Below, piece after piece: positions 8,906-17,622 of a DNA stretch of 64,000 bases. Positions within the stretch are counted from its first letter, which is position 1; every line of letters begins with the position of its first letter. The translations under genes and the position numbers were made by a program. This DNA is from an uncultured Acidobacteriota bacterium. Its GTDB lineage: Bacteria; Acidobacteriota; Vicinamibacteria; Fen-336. The notes below the pieces were generated by a model, which was given only the letters and a program-made list of their open reading frames with translations, ran no database searches and had not been told where the DNA came from. The stretch covers positions 2,144,001 through 2,208,000 of the forward strand of contig OY970399.1 in the NCBI GenBank assembly GCA_963720545.1, in the 5' to 3' direction.

Positions 8906-10354
8906 GTGCGCGGCCTGGTCGCGCGCCTCTTCTCGCACTCGGCGATCTACGGGCTCGCCGACGTCTTCACCAACATCACCAACATCCTGCTGGCGCCGAT
9001 CCTCACGGCGTTCATCACGCCCGCGGACTATGGCATCTGGGCCATCCTCAACCTGTTCTCGGCATGCGCCAAGATCTTCTTCCGCCTGCGCCTCGACGAC
9101 GCTTTCCTGCGCACTCACTACGAGCAGCGCACCGCGGCCGAGCGCCACCGCCACGCCGGCACGCTGTGGATCTTCTCGGCCGTGGTCGGCACGCTGCTGT
9201 TCGCGGCGGTGGTGCTGTGCGCCGGGCCGCTGACCGCCCTCCTCTTCAGCGCGCCGCATCCGGCGAAGCACTTCCTGATCCTCTCGGCCACCGACGTGTG
9301 GCTGTCGATCTTCGGCTTCATCCCGCAGGGCCTGCTGCGCATCCAGGACAAGCCGCGGACCTTCACCGCCTTCACCATGCTGCGCCACGCGGTCACGATC
9401 GGCTGCAAGCTGGTGCTCGCCGTGCGCGGCTTCGGCGTCGCGGCGCTCCTGTGGGCCGACATCGCCGGCACGCTGGTGTTCACCGCCGTGCTGCTGCCGA
9501 CGCTGCTGCGCAACATTGCCTTCGCGTTCGACTTCGCGATGCTGCGCAACGCGCTGCGCTTCGCGCTGCCCAAGGTGCCGCACGCGCTCCTCATCCAGGT
9601 GCAGAACCTCATCGACCGCCCGCTCCTCGACCGCTTCGTCTCGCTCGCCGACGTCGGCGTCTACAGCTTTTCCTACAGCCTCGGCGCGGGCGTGAAGTTC
9701 GGCAGCTCGGCGTTCGAGCCGGCCTGGGGACCGTTCGTCTATTCGCAGCTGGGAAAGCCCGACGCCGCGAGGACCCAGGCGCGGATCATCACCTACGCGT
9801 TCGCCGGGTTTCTGGTGATGGCACTGCTGGTGTCGGTGTTCGCACGCGAGGCGCTGCAGGTGCTCGCGTTCAAGCGGCCCGAGCTGTGGGCCGGGGCTGC
9901 GATCGTCCCGGTGGTGGCGCTCGCCTACTTGCTGCACGGCGTGTTCCTCCTGACCTCGATCGGCCTCGGCATCGAGAAGAAGACCTCGGTCTATCCGCTC
10001 ATCGCGCTGGTCGCCGGTGTCCTCAACGTCGCCGCCAACCTCGCGCTCATTCCGCGCTACGGGATCATGGGCGCGGCGTGGGCCACGGTGATCTCGTACG
10101 CCACGATGGCGGCGCTCGGCGCGTGGCTGTCGGCGCGCGTCTACCCGCTGCCCCTCGAGATCGCGCGGCTGCTACGCTTGAGCGTGGCCGCCGCAGCCTG
10201 TTTCACCTTGTCGCGCCTGGCACCCGCGCCCTTCTGGAGCGCCGTCGCATGGAAGGCGGCGTGCTGCGCGGCGTTCCCGCTGCTGGCTGCGGCTCTTGGC
10301 TTCCTGCGCGACTCGGAGCGCGCGCAACTGCGCGCCTGGCTCTCCCGGCGGTGA
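8906..10354 (+). CDS. wzx: Wzx-like oligosaccharide flippase (MOP family)
   Basis: 482 aa polytopic membrane protein; P.DYG, DR.LL, VGVYS and LNLALIPRYGIMGAAWAT signatures. Confidence 0.85.
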   Translation: MRGLVARLFSHSAIYGLADVFTNITNILLAPILTAFITPADYGIWAILNLFSACAKIFFRLRLDDAFLRTHYEQRTAAERHRHAGTLWIFSAVVGTLLFAAVVLCAGPLTALLFSAPHPAKHFLILSATDVWLSIFGFIPQGLLRIQDKPRTFTAFTMLRHAVTIGCKLVLAVRGFGVAALLWADIAGTLVFTAVLLPTLLRNIAFAFDFAMLRNALRFALPKVPHALLIQVQNLIDRPLLDRFVSLADVGVYSFSYSLGAGVKFGSSAFEPAWGPFVYSQLGKPDAARTQARIITYAFAGFLVMALLVSVFAREALQVLAFKRPELWAGAAIVPVVALAYLLHGVFLLTSIGLGIEKKTSVYPLIALVAGVLNVAANLALIPRYGIMGAAWATVISYATMAALGAWLSARVYPLPLEIARLLRLSVAAAACFTLSRLAPAPFWSAVAWKAACCAAFPLLAAALGFLRDSERAQLRAWLSRR

Positions 10355-12015
10355 GCGACCGCGGCGACGACAGCATCGCAACGGCGTTCACCGACTTCGA
10401 CCTCGTCGGCAAGCCGCTCCTCAACAAGGGCACCGCCTTCACCGAGGAGGAGCGCGACGTCTTCAAGCTGCACGGCCTGCTGCCGCCGCAGGTGGGCACG
10501 CTCGACGAGCAGATCTCGCGGCGCCTCAAGGCGATCCGCCGCCTGCCCACCGACTTCGACCGCTACGCGCTGCTGCGCGACCTGCAGGACACGAACGAAA
10601 CGCTGTTCCACGCGCTCTTGTCGCGGCACATCGTCGAGATGCTGCCGGTGGTCTACACGCCGACCGTGGGCGAAGGCTGCCAGCGCTTCAGCGAGATCTG
10701 GCGCAAGCCGCGCGGCTTGTTCCTCAGCTATCCCAACAAGGACCGCATCGCGCGCATCCTCGCCAACCCGCGCTTCGACGACGTGCGCATCATCGTGGTG
10801 AGCGACGGCGAGCGCATCCTCGGCCTCGGCGACCAGGGCGCCGGCGGCATGGGCATTCCGATCGGCAAGCTGTCGCTCTACACCGCCTGCGCCGGCATCC
10901 ATCCGTCGAAGACGCTGCCGATCCTGCTCGACGTCGGCACCGACAACGAGGCGCGCCTCGCCGACCCCATCTACATCGGCTGGCGGCACGAGCGGGTGCG
11001 CGGCGCGCAATACGACGAGTTCATCGAGGCCTTCGTCGACGCGGTGGTGGCGCGCTGGCCGAACATCCTGCTGCAGTGGGAAGACTTCGCCGGCGCCAAC
11101 GCCGGCCGCCTGCTCGAGCGCTACCGCGACCGGCTGTGCACGTTCAACGACGACGTGCAGGGCACCGCCGCGGTCGCCGCCGGCACGCTGATGGCCGCCA
11201 TCAACCTCACCGGCGTGCCGCTGCGCGAGCAGCGCATCGCCTTGCTGGGCGCGGGCTCCGCCGGCTGCGGCATCGCCTCGCTGCTGCTGCAGGCGATGGT
11301 CGACGAGGGCTCGACCCTGGCCGATGCGCGCGCGCGCTTCTTCGCGATCGACAAGCCGGGCCTGCTGCAGGAAGGCATGCCGGGACTGCACCCGGCGCAG
11401 GTGCCGTTCGTGCAGCCGCCTGCGCGGGTCGCCTCGTGGACGCTGCAAGAGCCCGGCCGCATCGGCCTCGTCGACGTCATGCAGAACGCCCGGCCCACCA
11501 CCCTCATCGGCGTCACCGGCCAGGCCGGCGCCTTCACCGAGGAAGCCGTCCGCACGATGGCGAGCCACGTCGAGCGCCCGGTGATCTTTCCGCTCTCGAA
11601 CCCGACCTCGCGCAGCGAGGCGAACCCGAAGGACCTGCTCGAATGGACCGCCGGCCGCGCGCTGATCGGCACCGGCAGCCCGTTTCCAGGCGTGACGCAG
11701 ACGAACAACTCGTACATCTTCCCGGGCGTCGGCCTCGGGGTGCTGGCCGCCGAGGCGACGCGCGTCACCGACACGATGTTCATGGCCGCGGCGAAGGCGC
11801 TCGCGGGGCTCTCGCCGGCGGCGCAGGGCGAAGGCACGGCGCTCCTGCCGCCGGTCGACCAACTGCGTTCGGTGGCGGTGGCGATCGCATCGGTGGTGGC
11901 GCGCCAGGCGCAGCAGGACGGCGTCGCGCCCAGGCGCGACACGGCGGCGCTGCACCGGCGCATCCGCGAAGAGGTTTGGGAGCCGGTCTACCGCCGCTAC
12001 CGCCTCGTGCCCTGA
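10351..12015 (+). CDS. maeA: NAD-dependent malic enzyme
   Basis: GTGA overlap; PLLNKGTAF, VYTPTVG, DGERILGLGDQG, QWEDF, FNDDVQGT, GAGSAG, PLSNPT. Confidence 0.95.
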   Translation: MSDRGDDSIATAFTDFDLVGKPLLNKGTAFTEEERDVFKLHGLLPPQVGTLDEQISRRLKAIRRLPTDFDRYALLRDLQDTNETLFHALLSRHIVEMLPVVYTPTVGEGCQRFSEIWRKPRGLFLSYPNKDRIARILANPRFDDVRIIVVSDGERILGLGDQGAGGMGIPIGKLSLYTACAGIHPSKTLPILLDVGTDNEARLADPIYIGWRHERVRGAQYDEFIEAFVDAVVARWPNILLQWEDFAGANAGRLLERYRDRLCTFNDDVQGTAAVAAGTLMAAINLTGVPLREQRIALLGAGSAGCGIASLLLQAMVDEGSTLADARARFFAIDKPGLLQEGMPGLHPAQVPFVQPPARVASWTLQEPGRIGLVDVMQNARPTTLIGVTGQAGAFTEEAVRTMASHVERPVIFPLSNPTSRSEANPKDLLEWTAGRALIGTGSPFPGVTQTNNSYIFPGVGLGVLAAEATRVTDTMFMAAAKALAGLSPAAQGEGTALLPPVDQLRSVAVAIASVVARQAQQDGVAPRRDTAALHRRIREEVWEPVYRRYRLVP

Positions 12016-12028
12016 ACGCCGCTCGCAA

Positions 12029-12046
12029 GCCGCAAGCGCTTGCGGC
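12029..12046. repeat. Perfect 18-bp palindrome upstream of sodC
   Basis: GCCGCAAGCGCTTGCGGC equals its own reverse complement. Confidence 0.8.
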
Positions 12047-12080
12047 ATAGTGATGAAAACCGGATGACCCAGGAGGCTTC

Positions 12081-12596
12081 ATGAAGCTTTTACTGTCGCT
12101 CGCAGCAGTTCTCGCATTCGCCGGCGCGGCCGCCGCGGCCCCGCCCACCAAGGCGATCGCCGTCCTCACACCGACCAAGGACAGCACCGTGAAGGGAACC
12201 TTGACCTTCAGCACGTCGGGCGGCGGCGTCGCGGTCTCGGGTGAGATCAGCGGCCTCAAGCCCGGCACGCACGGGTTTCACGTCCATGAGTTCGGCGACT
12301 GTTCGGCGCCCGATGGCGCTTCCGCCGGCGGCCACTGGAACCCTCTGAACCAGCCGCACGCGGCACCCGCGGAGGAGCATCGCCATGTCGGCGACCTCGG
12401 CAACATCGAGGCCGGTGCGGACGGCGTCGCCAAGATCGCGGTGACCGACTCGAAGCTGTCGCTCAGCGGCGAGTCGTCGATCCTCGGCCGCGGAGTCATC
12501 GTGCACACGAACGCAGACGACCTCAAGACCCAGCCGACCGGCAACGCGGGCGGACGTCTCGCCTGCGGCGTCATCGGCGCGGCAAAGTCCGAGTAA
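12081..12596 (+). CDS. sodC: Periplasmic Cu/Zn superoxide dismutase
   Basis: AGGAGG SD; signal peptide; HGFHVHE.GDC, GGHWNP, HVGDLGN, GNAGGRLACGVI. Confidence 0.97.
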   Translation: MKLLLSLAAVLAFAGAAAAAPPTKAIAVLTPTKDSTVKGTLTFSTSGGGVAVSGEISGLKPGTHGFHVHEFGDCSAPDGASAGGHWNPLNQPHAAPAEEHRHVGDLGNIEAGADGVAKIAVTDSKLSLSGESSILGRGVIVHTNADDLKTQPTGNAGGRLACGVIGAAKSE

Positions 12597-12606
12597 ATCA
12601 CGCATG

Positions 12607-12658
12607 GGCCGATCGCTGGTGGCCGCGGGCGCAATCCTCGCGCCCCTGGCCGTCGGCC
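12607..12658 (+). terminator. Imperfect GC hairpin after sodC, possible terminator or RNA structure
   Basis: Nested arms GGCCGA..GGCC..GGGCGC / GCGCCC..GGCC..TCGGCC; no strong U-tract. Confidence 0.3.
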
Positions 12659-12677
12659 TGTCTGCCTACTATTCATC

Positions 12678-13172
12678 ATGACCACGACCGGCCTTGCGAA
12701 GGAACTGGAGAACGAGGCGCGCACCACGCGGCCGCACCTGGCGCGACTCCCGGACGACAAGTTTGCCTGGCAGCCGCACCCCAAGTCGGCACGCGCCGGG
12801 GGGCTCGCGTCGCACATCGTGCAGTGCATCGCGTGGACGCCGCGCATCCTGTCCGGCGACGCCTTCGACTTCGATCCGAAGACATTCCAACGCCGCACCG
12901 CTGAAAACAGCGCGGACCTGCTGGCGTTCTTCGACGCGACGGTCGAAGAGGCGCTCGCTGCACTCGCCGCCGCCGACGACGCGGCGCTCGATGCGAGGTG
13001 GTCCTTCAGCATCCAGGGCGCGGTGCGCTTCACCAAGCGGCGGCGCTACGCGGTGCGCGACATGAGCCTCAGCCACCTCATCCATCACCGCGGCCAGTTC
13101 TCGGTCTACCTGCGCCTGCTCGACATCGCGGTGCCGAGCTCCTACGGTCCTACGGCCGACGAGAGTATCTAG
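12678..13172 (+). CDS. DinB family protein
   Basis: W.PHPKS, LASHI and HLIHHRGQ..VYLR metal-His motifs; TACTAT 5 nt before the ATG. Confidence 0.88.
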   Translation: MTTTGLAKELENEARTTRPHLARLPDDKFAWQPHPKSARAGGLASHIVQCIAWTPRILSGDAFDFDPKTFQRRTAENSADLLAFFDATVEEALAALAAADDAALDARWSFSIQGAVRFTKRRRYAVRDMSLSHLIHHRGQFSVYLRLLDIAVPSSYGPTADESI

Positions 13173-13182
13173 AGCGTCTTCA

Positions 13183-15036
13183 TCAACGGCCGACGGCGAC
13201 GAAGCGTTCGCCGAATGCGGCCACCGCGGAAGCGATGCCGCGCATCAGCAGCAGCGCCAGGGCCGCGCAGGCGATGACGCGCGCGCTCCTGCCCTCGTCC
13301 CACAGGTGCGCGAGCGCGGCGGCGGCGGCGACCGCCACCGCGCCGGCGAGGAGTTCCACATCCTTGACGTCGCGGAACACGCCGGGCACGACATAGCGCA
13401 GCGCCAGAAGCGTCAGTCCCGCGGCGAACAGCGCGATGAGCACGCGCAGCGCTCCCTGGGGCGCTTGCCGCAGGCCCAGCACGCCGAGCACGCTGAGCGC
13501 CGGCAGCACCACACCGTAGAAGATGAAGAGCCGACCCCACGGCGAGCCTTCGGCCGTAGCCGCGCCGGCTGCCGGCAGGACGTCGCGCAGGAACACCGGC
13601 ACGAAGCGGAAATAGAGGATCGCGATCACGGCGAACGCGGCGGCTGCCTGCACCGCAAGCAAACGCGCCGCCTTTTCGCGCTGGCCCGAGAGTGTCAGGG
13701 CGGCGCCGAGCATCAGCAGGAAGAAGGACACAGTGAAGAGCGATCCGGTGTACGCCGCCTGCACCAGGAACAGCGCCGCCAGCAGCGCGCCGCGCGCCGG
13801 GTGCTCGCGGCCGCACCAGCGCACCAGGAACACGGCGAGCAGTAGCTCGAGCGCCTGCGCGAAGAGCGCTGGATAGAGCGCCAGCGACAGCCGCGAAGAA
13901 ACGACCGGCATCGTGAAGAACAGCAGCATCGCGCCGAAGCGCGCGTGCTTCACGGTGCCGAGGAGTGCCGACAACGCGAACACCGCGAGCAGGCCGGCGC
14001 CAAGCGATGCGGCCGCCAGCGCCTTGACCGCCGCGACCGAACCGATGAGCGGCCGCAGCGGCAGCGCCAGCAGGTGAAAGACCGGCGAGTACGGAAACGC
14101 CACCGTCTTGTCGCCAACCGTGCGGGTCCAGGCCTTGAATCGCAGCTGGTAGGGCGCGGGATCGATGGCCGTATGCGGCGCGCGCGCGATGGCGTCCACG
14201 AAACGCGCGTGCGTGTCCACGTCCGGGTAGTAGAAGCCGGGCTGGAACAAGACGGTACAGCAGGCGAGGCATGCGGCAAGCGCCCACGGCCGCGCAGCGC
14301 GGGCGTCGATGCCGAGCCGCCGCAGCCCGGCCGCGGCGGCGGCGATGACGAGCGTGCAGAAGAGCGCCGGCACCGCCGACTCGCCAACTGCAACGAGGCC
14401 GCCAAAGCGGTCGCAGAGAACCGCGGCCGGGCCGAAGAGCGCGACGCTCGCTGCCGCAACCACGCCGCCGTGCGCACCGAAAAGCGCCGCAGCGAGTAGC
14501 GGGACGCCGAGGAAAAAGAGCGCCCACTGCGCGAAGAGGTGCGCGCGAGGCAACGCCGCGCTGATGCCGTCAACCTCCATCCAGTCGAGCGCCGTGCCGA
14601 GCTTCTCGCCTTCTTCCGGCTGCACGCGCAGCAGCAGGCTGAACGGCCCGCGCAGCGCGGTGAGCGGCACCGTCGCCTGCGTCCAACCGCCCGGCAGGCT
14701 GTCGAACCGCGCGAGTACCTGGCCGTGCGCCCAGACGCTGGTGGTGACCGGCGTTTCGATAAAACGCGCGACCCGCATCCGCGCCGTCGGCGAGCCGCGT
14801 AATATGCGCAGGGGCAGCTCGATGCGTGAGCCGTCCCGGGTCCAGTGAAACATGGTCGCGCCTGCGCCCGCAGCGCCGTCGCGCTCCCAACCCGACCTGA
14901 ACCCGCGGGCGAAGTTGTCGTCGCCGGCGCCGAAGTTGACGAACATCGGAGCGGGCTTCTGCAACACGGCGAGGCTGAGGGCGAAACCGATCGCGCCCAA
15001 TGCCAGTGGCCTCAGCAAGCGGTTAGAGGACGCCAT
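13183..15036 (-). CDS. Polytopic membrane protein with N-terminal periplasmic beta domain, possibly GT-C-like
   Basis: 617 aa from the ATG at 15036; many TM segments; YYPDVDTH and FPYSPVFH loop motifs. Confidence 0.6.
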   Translation of the reverse strand: MASSNRLLRPLALGAIGFALSLAVLQKPAPMFVNFGAGDDNFARGFRSGWERDGAAGAGATMFHWTRDGSRIELPLRILRGSPTARMRVARFIETPVTTSVWAHGQVLARFDSLPGGWTQATVPLTALRGPFSLLLRVQPEEGEKLGTALDWMEVDGISAALPRAHLFAQWALFFLGVPLLAAALFGAHGGVVAAASVALFGPAAVLCDRFGGLVAVGESAVPALFCTLVIAAAAAGLRRLGIDARAARPWALAACLACCTVLFQPGFYYPDVDTHARFVDAIARAPHTAIDPAPYQLRFKAWTRTVGDKTVAFPYSPVFHLLALPLRPLIGSVAAVKALAAASLGAGLLAVFALSALLGTVKHARFGAMLLFFTMPVVSSRLSLALYPALFAQALELLLAVFLVRWCGREHPARGALLAALFLVQAAYTGSLFTVSFFLLMLGAALTLSGQREKAARLLAVQAAAAFAVIAILYFRFVPVFLRDVLPAAGAATAEGSPWGRLFIFYGVVLPALSVLGVLGLRQAPQGALRVLIALFAAGLTLLALRYVVPGVFRDVKDVELLAGAVAVAAAAALAHLWDEGRSARVIACAALALLLMRGIASAVAAFGERFVAVGR

Positions 15037-15092
15037 TTTCGCCGGTGTGGAATTTACACCGGGGCAAGCGGCGAGCGGAGAGGAGCCCAACC

Positions 15093-15521
15093 ATGACGCT
15101 CGGCCTCATCGACATCGACAAAACCTTCCTGCCGGTGTCGCAAATGCGCCAGATCTCGCGGATCACGACGCTCGACGGCCCGCTCATCACGGGCGAGGTC
15201 GACCTCGAGTCGCATTGGGTCTACGCACAGCACTTCCCCGACGACCCGATCTTCCCGGGCTCGCTGCTCACCGAAGCCGCCGGCCAGCTGGTGGCGCTTT
15301 GGGCCTGGGCGGCGGGCCACCGCGGCCGGCCGCGCCTGGTGAAGATCGAGGCGCAGTTCCGCAGCCCCGTGTGCGACGCCGCCGGGCTCCTCGTCCTGCA
15401 AGGCGAGGTGCGTTGCCGCCGCAACATGTGCTTCGGCGCGGTTTCGGTGCAGGCGGCGAGCGTCGAGGTGGCGACCGTCCGCATCGTGCTCGCCGTGCTC
15501 AGCGACCAGGCCGCGAACTGA
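15093..15521 (+). CDS. FabZ/FabA-like hotdog-fold dehydratase
   Basis: AGGAG SD; HFPDDPIFPGSLLTEAAGQ retains the His/Glu catalytic pair. Confidence 0.8.
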   Translation: MTLGLIDIDKTFLPVSQMRQISRITTLDGPLITGEVDLESHWVYAQHFPDDPIFPGSLLTEAAGQLVALWAWAAGHRGRPRLVKIEAQFRSPVCDAAGLLVLQGEVRCRRNMCFGAVSVQAASVEVATVRIVLAVLSDQAAN

Positions 15522-15565
15522 GCGCCTGACCAAGCCCTCGCGTTACCGTCCCGCAAGGGGGCGGG

Positions 15566-15574
15566 TGATAGCAT
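15566..15574 (+). promoter_or_regulatory. Extended -10 element (TGaTAGCAT) of the 14-gene glycan operon
   Basis: TGn-TAnnnT in an AT-rich intergenic patch, 22 nt before the ATG at 15597. Confidence 0.45.
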
Positions 15575-15596
15575 TAAGTCTTTTGTAGACCTATAC

Positions 15597-16649
15597 ATGG
15601 CAGCGGTTGTGGATCGCCGTACCGGGGCGGACGACGAGGAACTGTTCCGCCAGTACGAAGGCGTCTTCGGCCTCAAGCTCACGGAAGGGTCGAAGCGGCG
15701 CTGGCGCTGGCAATACCTCGACAATCCGCGGACATCGGCCGCGGGGCCCGAGATCTGGGTGGCCCGCGAAGGAGACAAGGTTCTGGGGCAGTACGCATCG
15801 ATGCCGGTCGGCCTCTGGTGGGACAACAGGGAGATTCGCTCGTCCTGGGGCATGGACGTGTTCCTGAAGCCCGAGGCGCGCGGCAAGGGTATCGGCGCCG
15901 CGCTGTTCACGAAGTGGAGCGACAGTGTCGACGTCGCGCTCGGCCTCGGCCTGACCGAATCGTCCTACGGCCTCTTCAAGAAGCTGCGCTACGCCGACGT
16001 CGGCCCGGTGCCGTTTTACCAGAAGGTGCTCGACCCCGGCGCGGTGCTCAGGCGGCGCTTCGGTGCTTTTTTCGGCGCCGTCGGCGCGCCGTTCCTCGGG
16101 CTCGCCTTGCGCCTCACGCAGCGCGAGCGGCAATTGGCAGGGACCAGCGCCATCGAGGTGCGCGCTGCCGGAGAGTTTTCGGCGGAGTACGACGCGCTGT
16201 GGGAGCGTGCGCGCGCCTCTTACGCGATGTGCGTGCGGCGCGACGCGGCCTACCTGCAGTGGAAGTTCCGCGAGTGCCCGACGCGCACTTACGAGATCCT
16301 CGAGGCGCGCCGCGCCGGGGAGCTCGCAGGCTACGCGGTGACGCGCGTCGCCGAGCACGACGGGCTGCGCCTCGGCTGGATCCTCGACGTGTTCGCCGCT
16401 GCCCACGACCGTGAGGCCAAGGCGGCGCTCCTGCGCTCGATCCTCGAGCGCTTCGCCGCCGCTTCGGTGGCGCGCGCCCAGGCGTTCTCGATGAACGGCG
16501 CGCTCGCCGACGACCTGCGCGCGCTGGGCTTTCGCGCCGGCCCATCGCCGATGCAGTTCTGCGTGCGCTCGCGGGTCGAGAACGGCACGGTCTTCAGCCG
16601 CGCCGCCGACTGGCACGTGATGTTCGGCGACAGCGACATGGACCGATGA
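15597..16649 (+). CDS. GNAT family acyltransferase (probably tandem GNAT)
   Basis: WQYLDNP, DVFLKPEARGKGIG acyl-CoA loop, RDAAYLQWKF. Confidence 0.8.
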   Translation: MAAVVDRRTGADDEELFRQYEGVFGLKLTEGSKRRWRWQYLDNPRTSAAGPEIWVAREGDKVLGQYASMPVGLWWDNREIRSSWGMDVFLKPEARGKGIGAALFTKWSDSVDVALGLGLTESSYGLFKKLRYADVGPVPFYQKVLDPGAVLRRRFGAFFGAVGAPFLGLALRLTQRERQLAGTSAIEVRAAGEFSAEYDALWERARASYAMCVRRDAAYLQWKFRECPTRTYEILEARRAGELAGYAVTRVAEHDGLRLGWILDVFAAAHDREAKAALLRSILERFAAASVARAQAFSMNGALADDLRALGFRAGPSPMQFCVRSRVENGTVFSRAADWHVMFGDSDMDR

Positions 16650-17608
16650 CGGCACCGGCAATCCTGGTCGGCATCGATACCGAGGCCGACGACCAGTGGT
16701 CGGCGCAGGGCCGCGAGGAAAACGCCGTGCGCAATGCCGCGCGCCTGCCGGCGCTGCAGGCGCTCTGCGACTCGTTCGGCGTACGGCCGACCTACCTCGT
16801 CACCTGGGAGATGGCGACCCGGCCCGAGAGCCGGGGCATCCTCAAGGAACTCTCCGCCACCGGTCACTGCGAGATCGGCACGCACCTGCACCCCTGGTCC
16901 TCGCCCCCGTTTCGCGCCGAGGACAGGAAGGACCACACCTATCCTCACAACCTGCCGCCCGAGCTTCTCGAGCGGCAGCTGCGCGAGCTGACCGAGGTGA
17001 TCGCCGAAAACTTCGGCACGCGCCCCACCACCTACCGCGCCGGCCGCAACGGCTTCGACGGCCGCACGCTGCCGATCCTCGAGGCGCTCGGGTACACGGT
17101 AGACACCAGCGTCGATCCGCTGTTCAACGAGAAGCGCAAGCGCGGCATGGTCTTCGACGGCGCGCCGCTCTTTCCCTACTACCCCGACTACGAGGACGTG
17201 CGCCGCGCCGGCAAGGCGCGCATCCTCGAGGTGCCGATCACCTCGGCCACCGCACCCGCGCTGCCCAAGTCGATCGAAGCGGCATACGCGCGCCTCAAGC
17301 CGATTCCGTGGCGCGGCGCCTTCAAGCGCATCGGCCTGCGGCCGGTGTGGCTGCGCCCGTCGTACACGAGCCGCGCCGACCTGCTGGCGTTCGCCACGGC
17401 ACTCTCCCGTCGCCAGGCGCCGTGCTTCAACATCATCTTCCACAGCAGCGAACTGCTGCCCGGCGGCTCGCCCTACACTCCCGACGAAGCGTCGGTGGCG
17501 CGCTTCCTCGCCGACCTCGGCGCGCTGTTCGAGCACCTCACCTCGCGGCTCGGAGCGCAGGGCCGCACCTACGCCGAGTTCGCACGCGCGTACCCGCGGG
17601 CGAGCTGA
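16646..17608 (+). CDS. Polysaccharide deacetylase family (CE4, WalW-like)
   Basis: IDTEAD, PTYL, EIGTHLHPW, YRAGR, DTS and FHSSEL motifs. Confidence 0.85.
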   Translation: MTAPAILVGIDTEADDQWSAQGREENAVRNAARLPALQALCDSFGVRPTYLVTWEMATRPESRGILKELSATGHCEIGTHLHPWSSPPFRAEDRKDHTYPHNLPPELLERQLRELTEVIAENFGTRPTTYRAGRNGFDGRTLPILEALGYTVDTSVDPLFNEKRKRGMVFDGAPLFPYYPDYEDVRRAGKARILEVPITSATAPALPKSIEAAYARLKPIPWRGAFKRIGLRPVWLRPSYTSRADLLAFATALSRRQAPCFNIIFHSSELLPGGSPYTPDEASVARFLADLGALFEHLTSRLGAQGRTYAEFARAYPRAS

Positions 17609-17622
17609 GCCCGGCGAGCAGC

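Noticed and set aside
4706..12015. Apparent giant fusions in the ORF track (4706-7798, 9064-12015; likewise 25547-28798, 38372-41458, 50281-53826)
   Set aside because: The N-terminal extensions are off-frame read-through of the upstream gene; true starts are at stop-overlapping ATG/GTG/TTG codons, so these are not fusions or frameshifts
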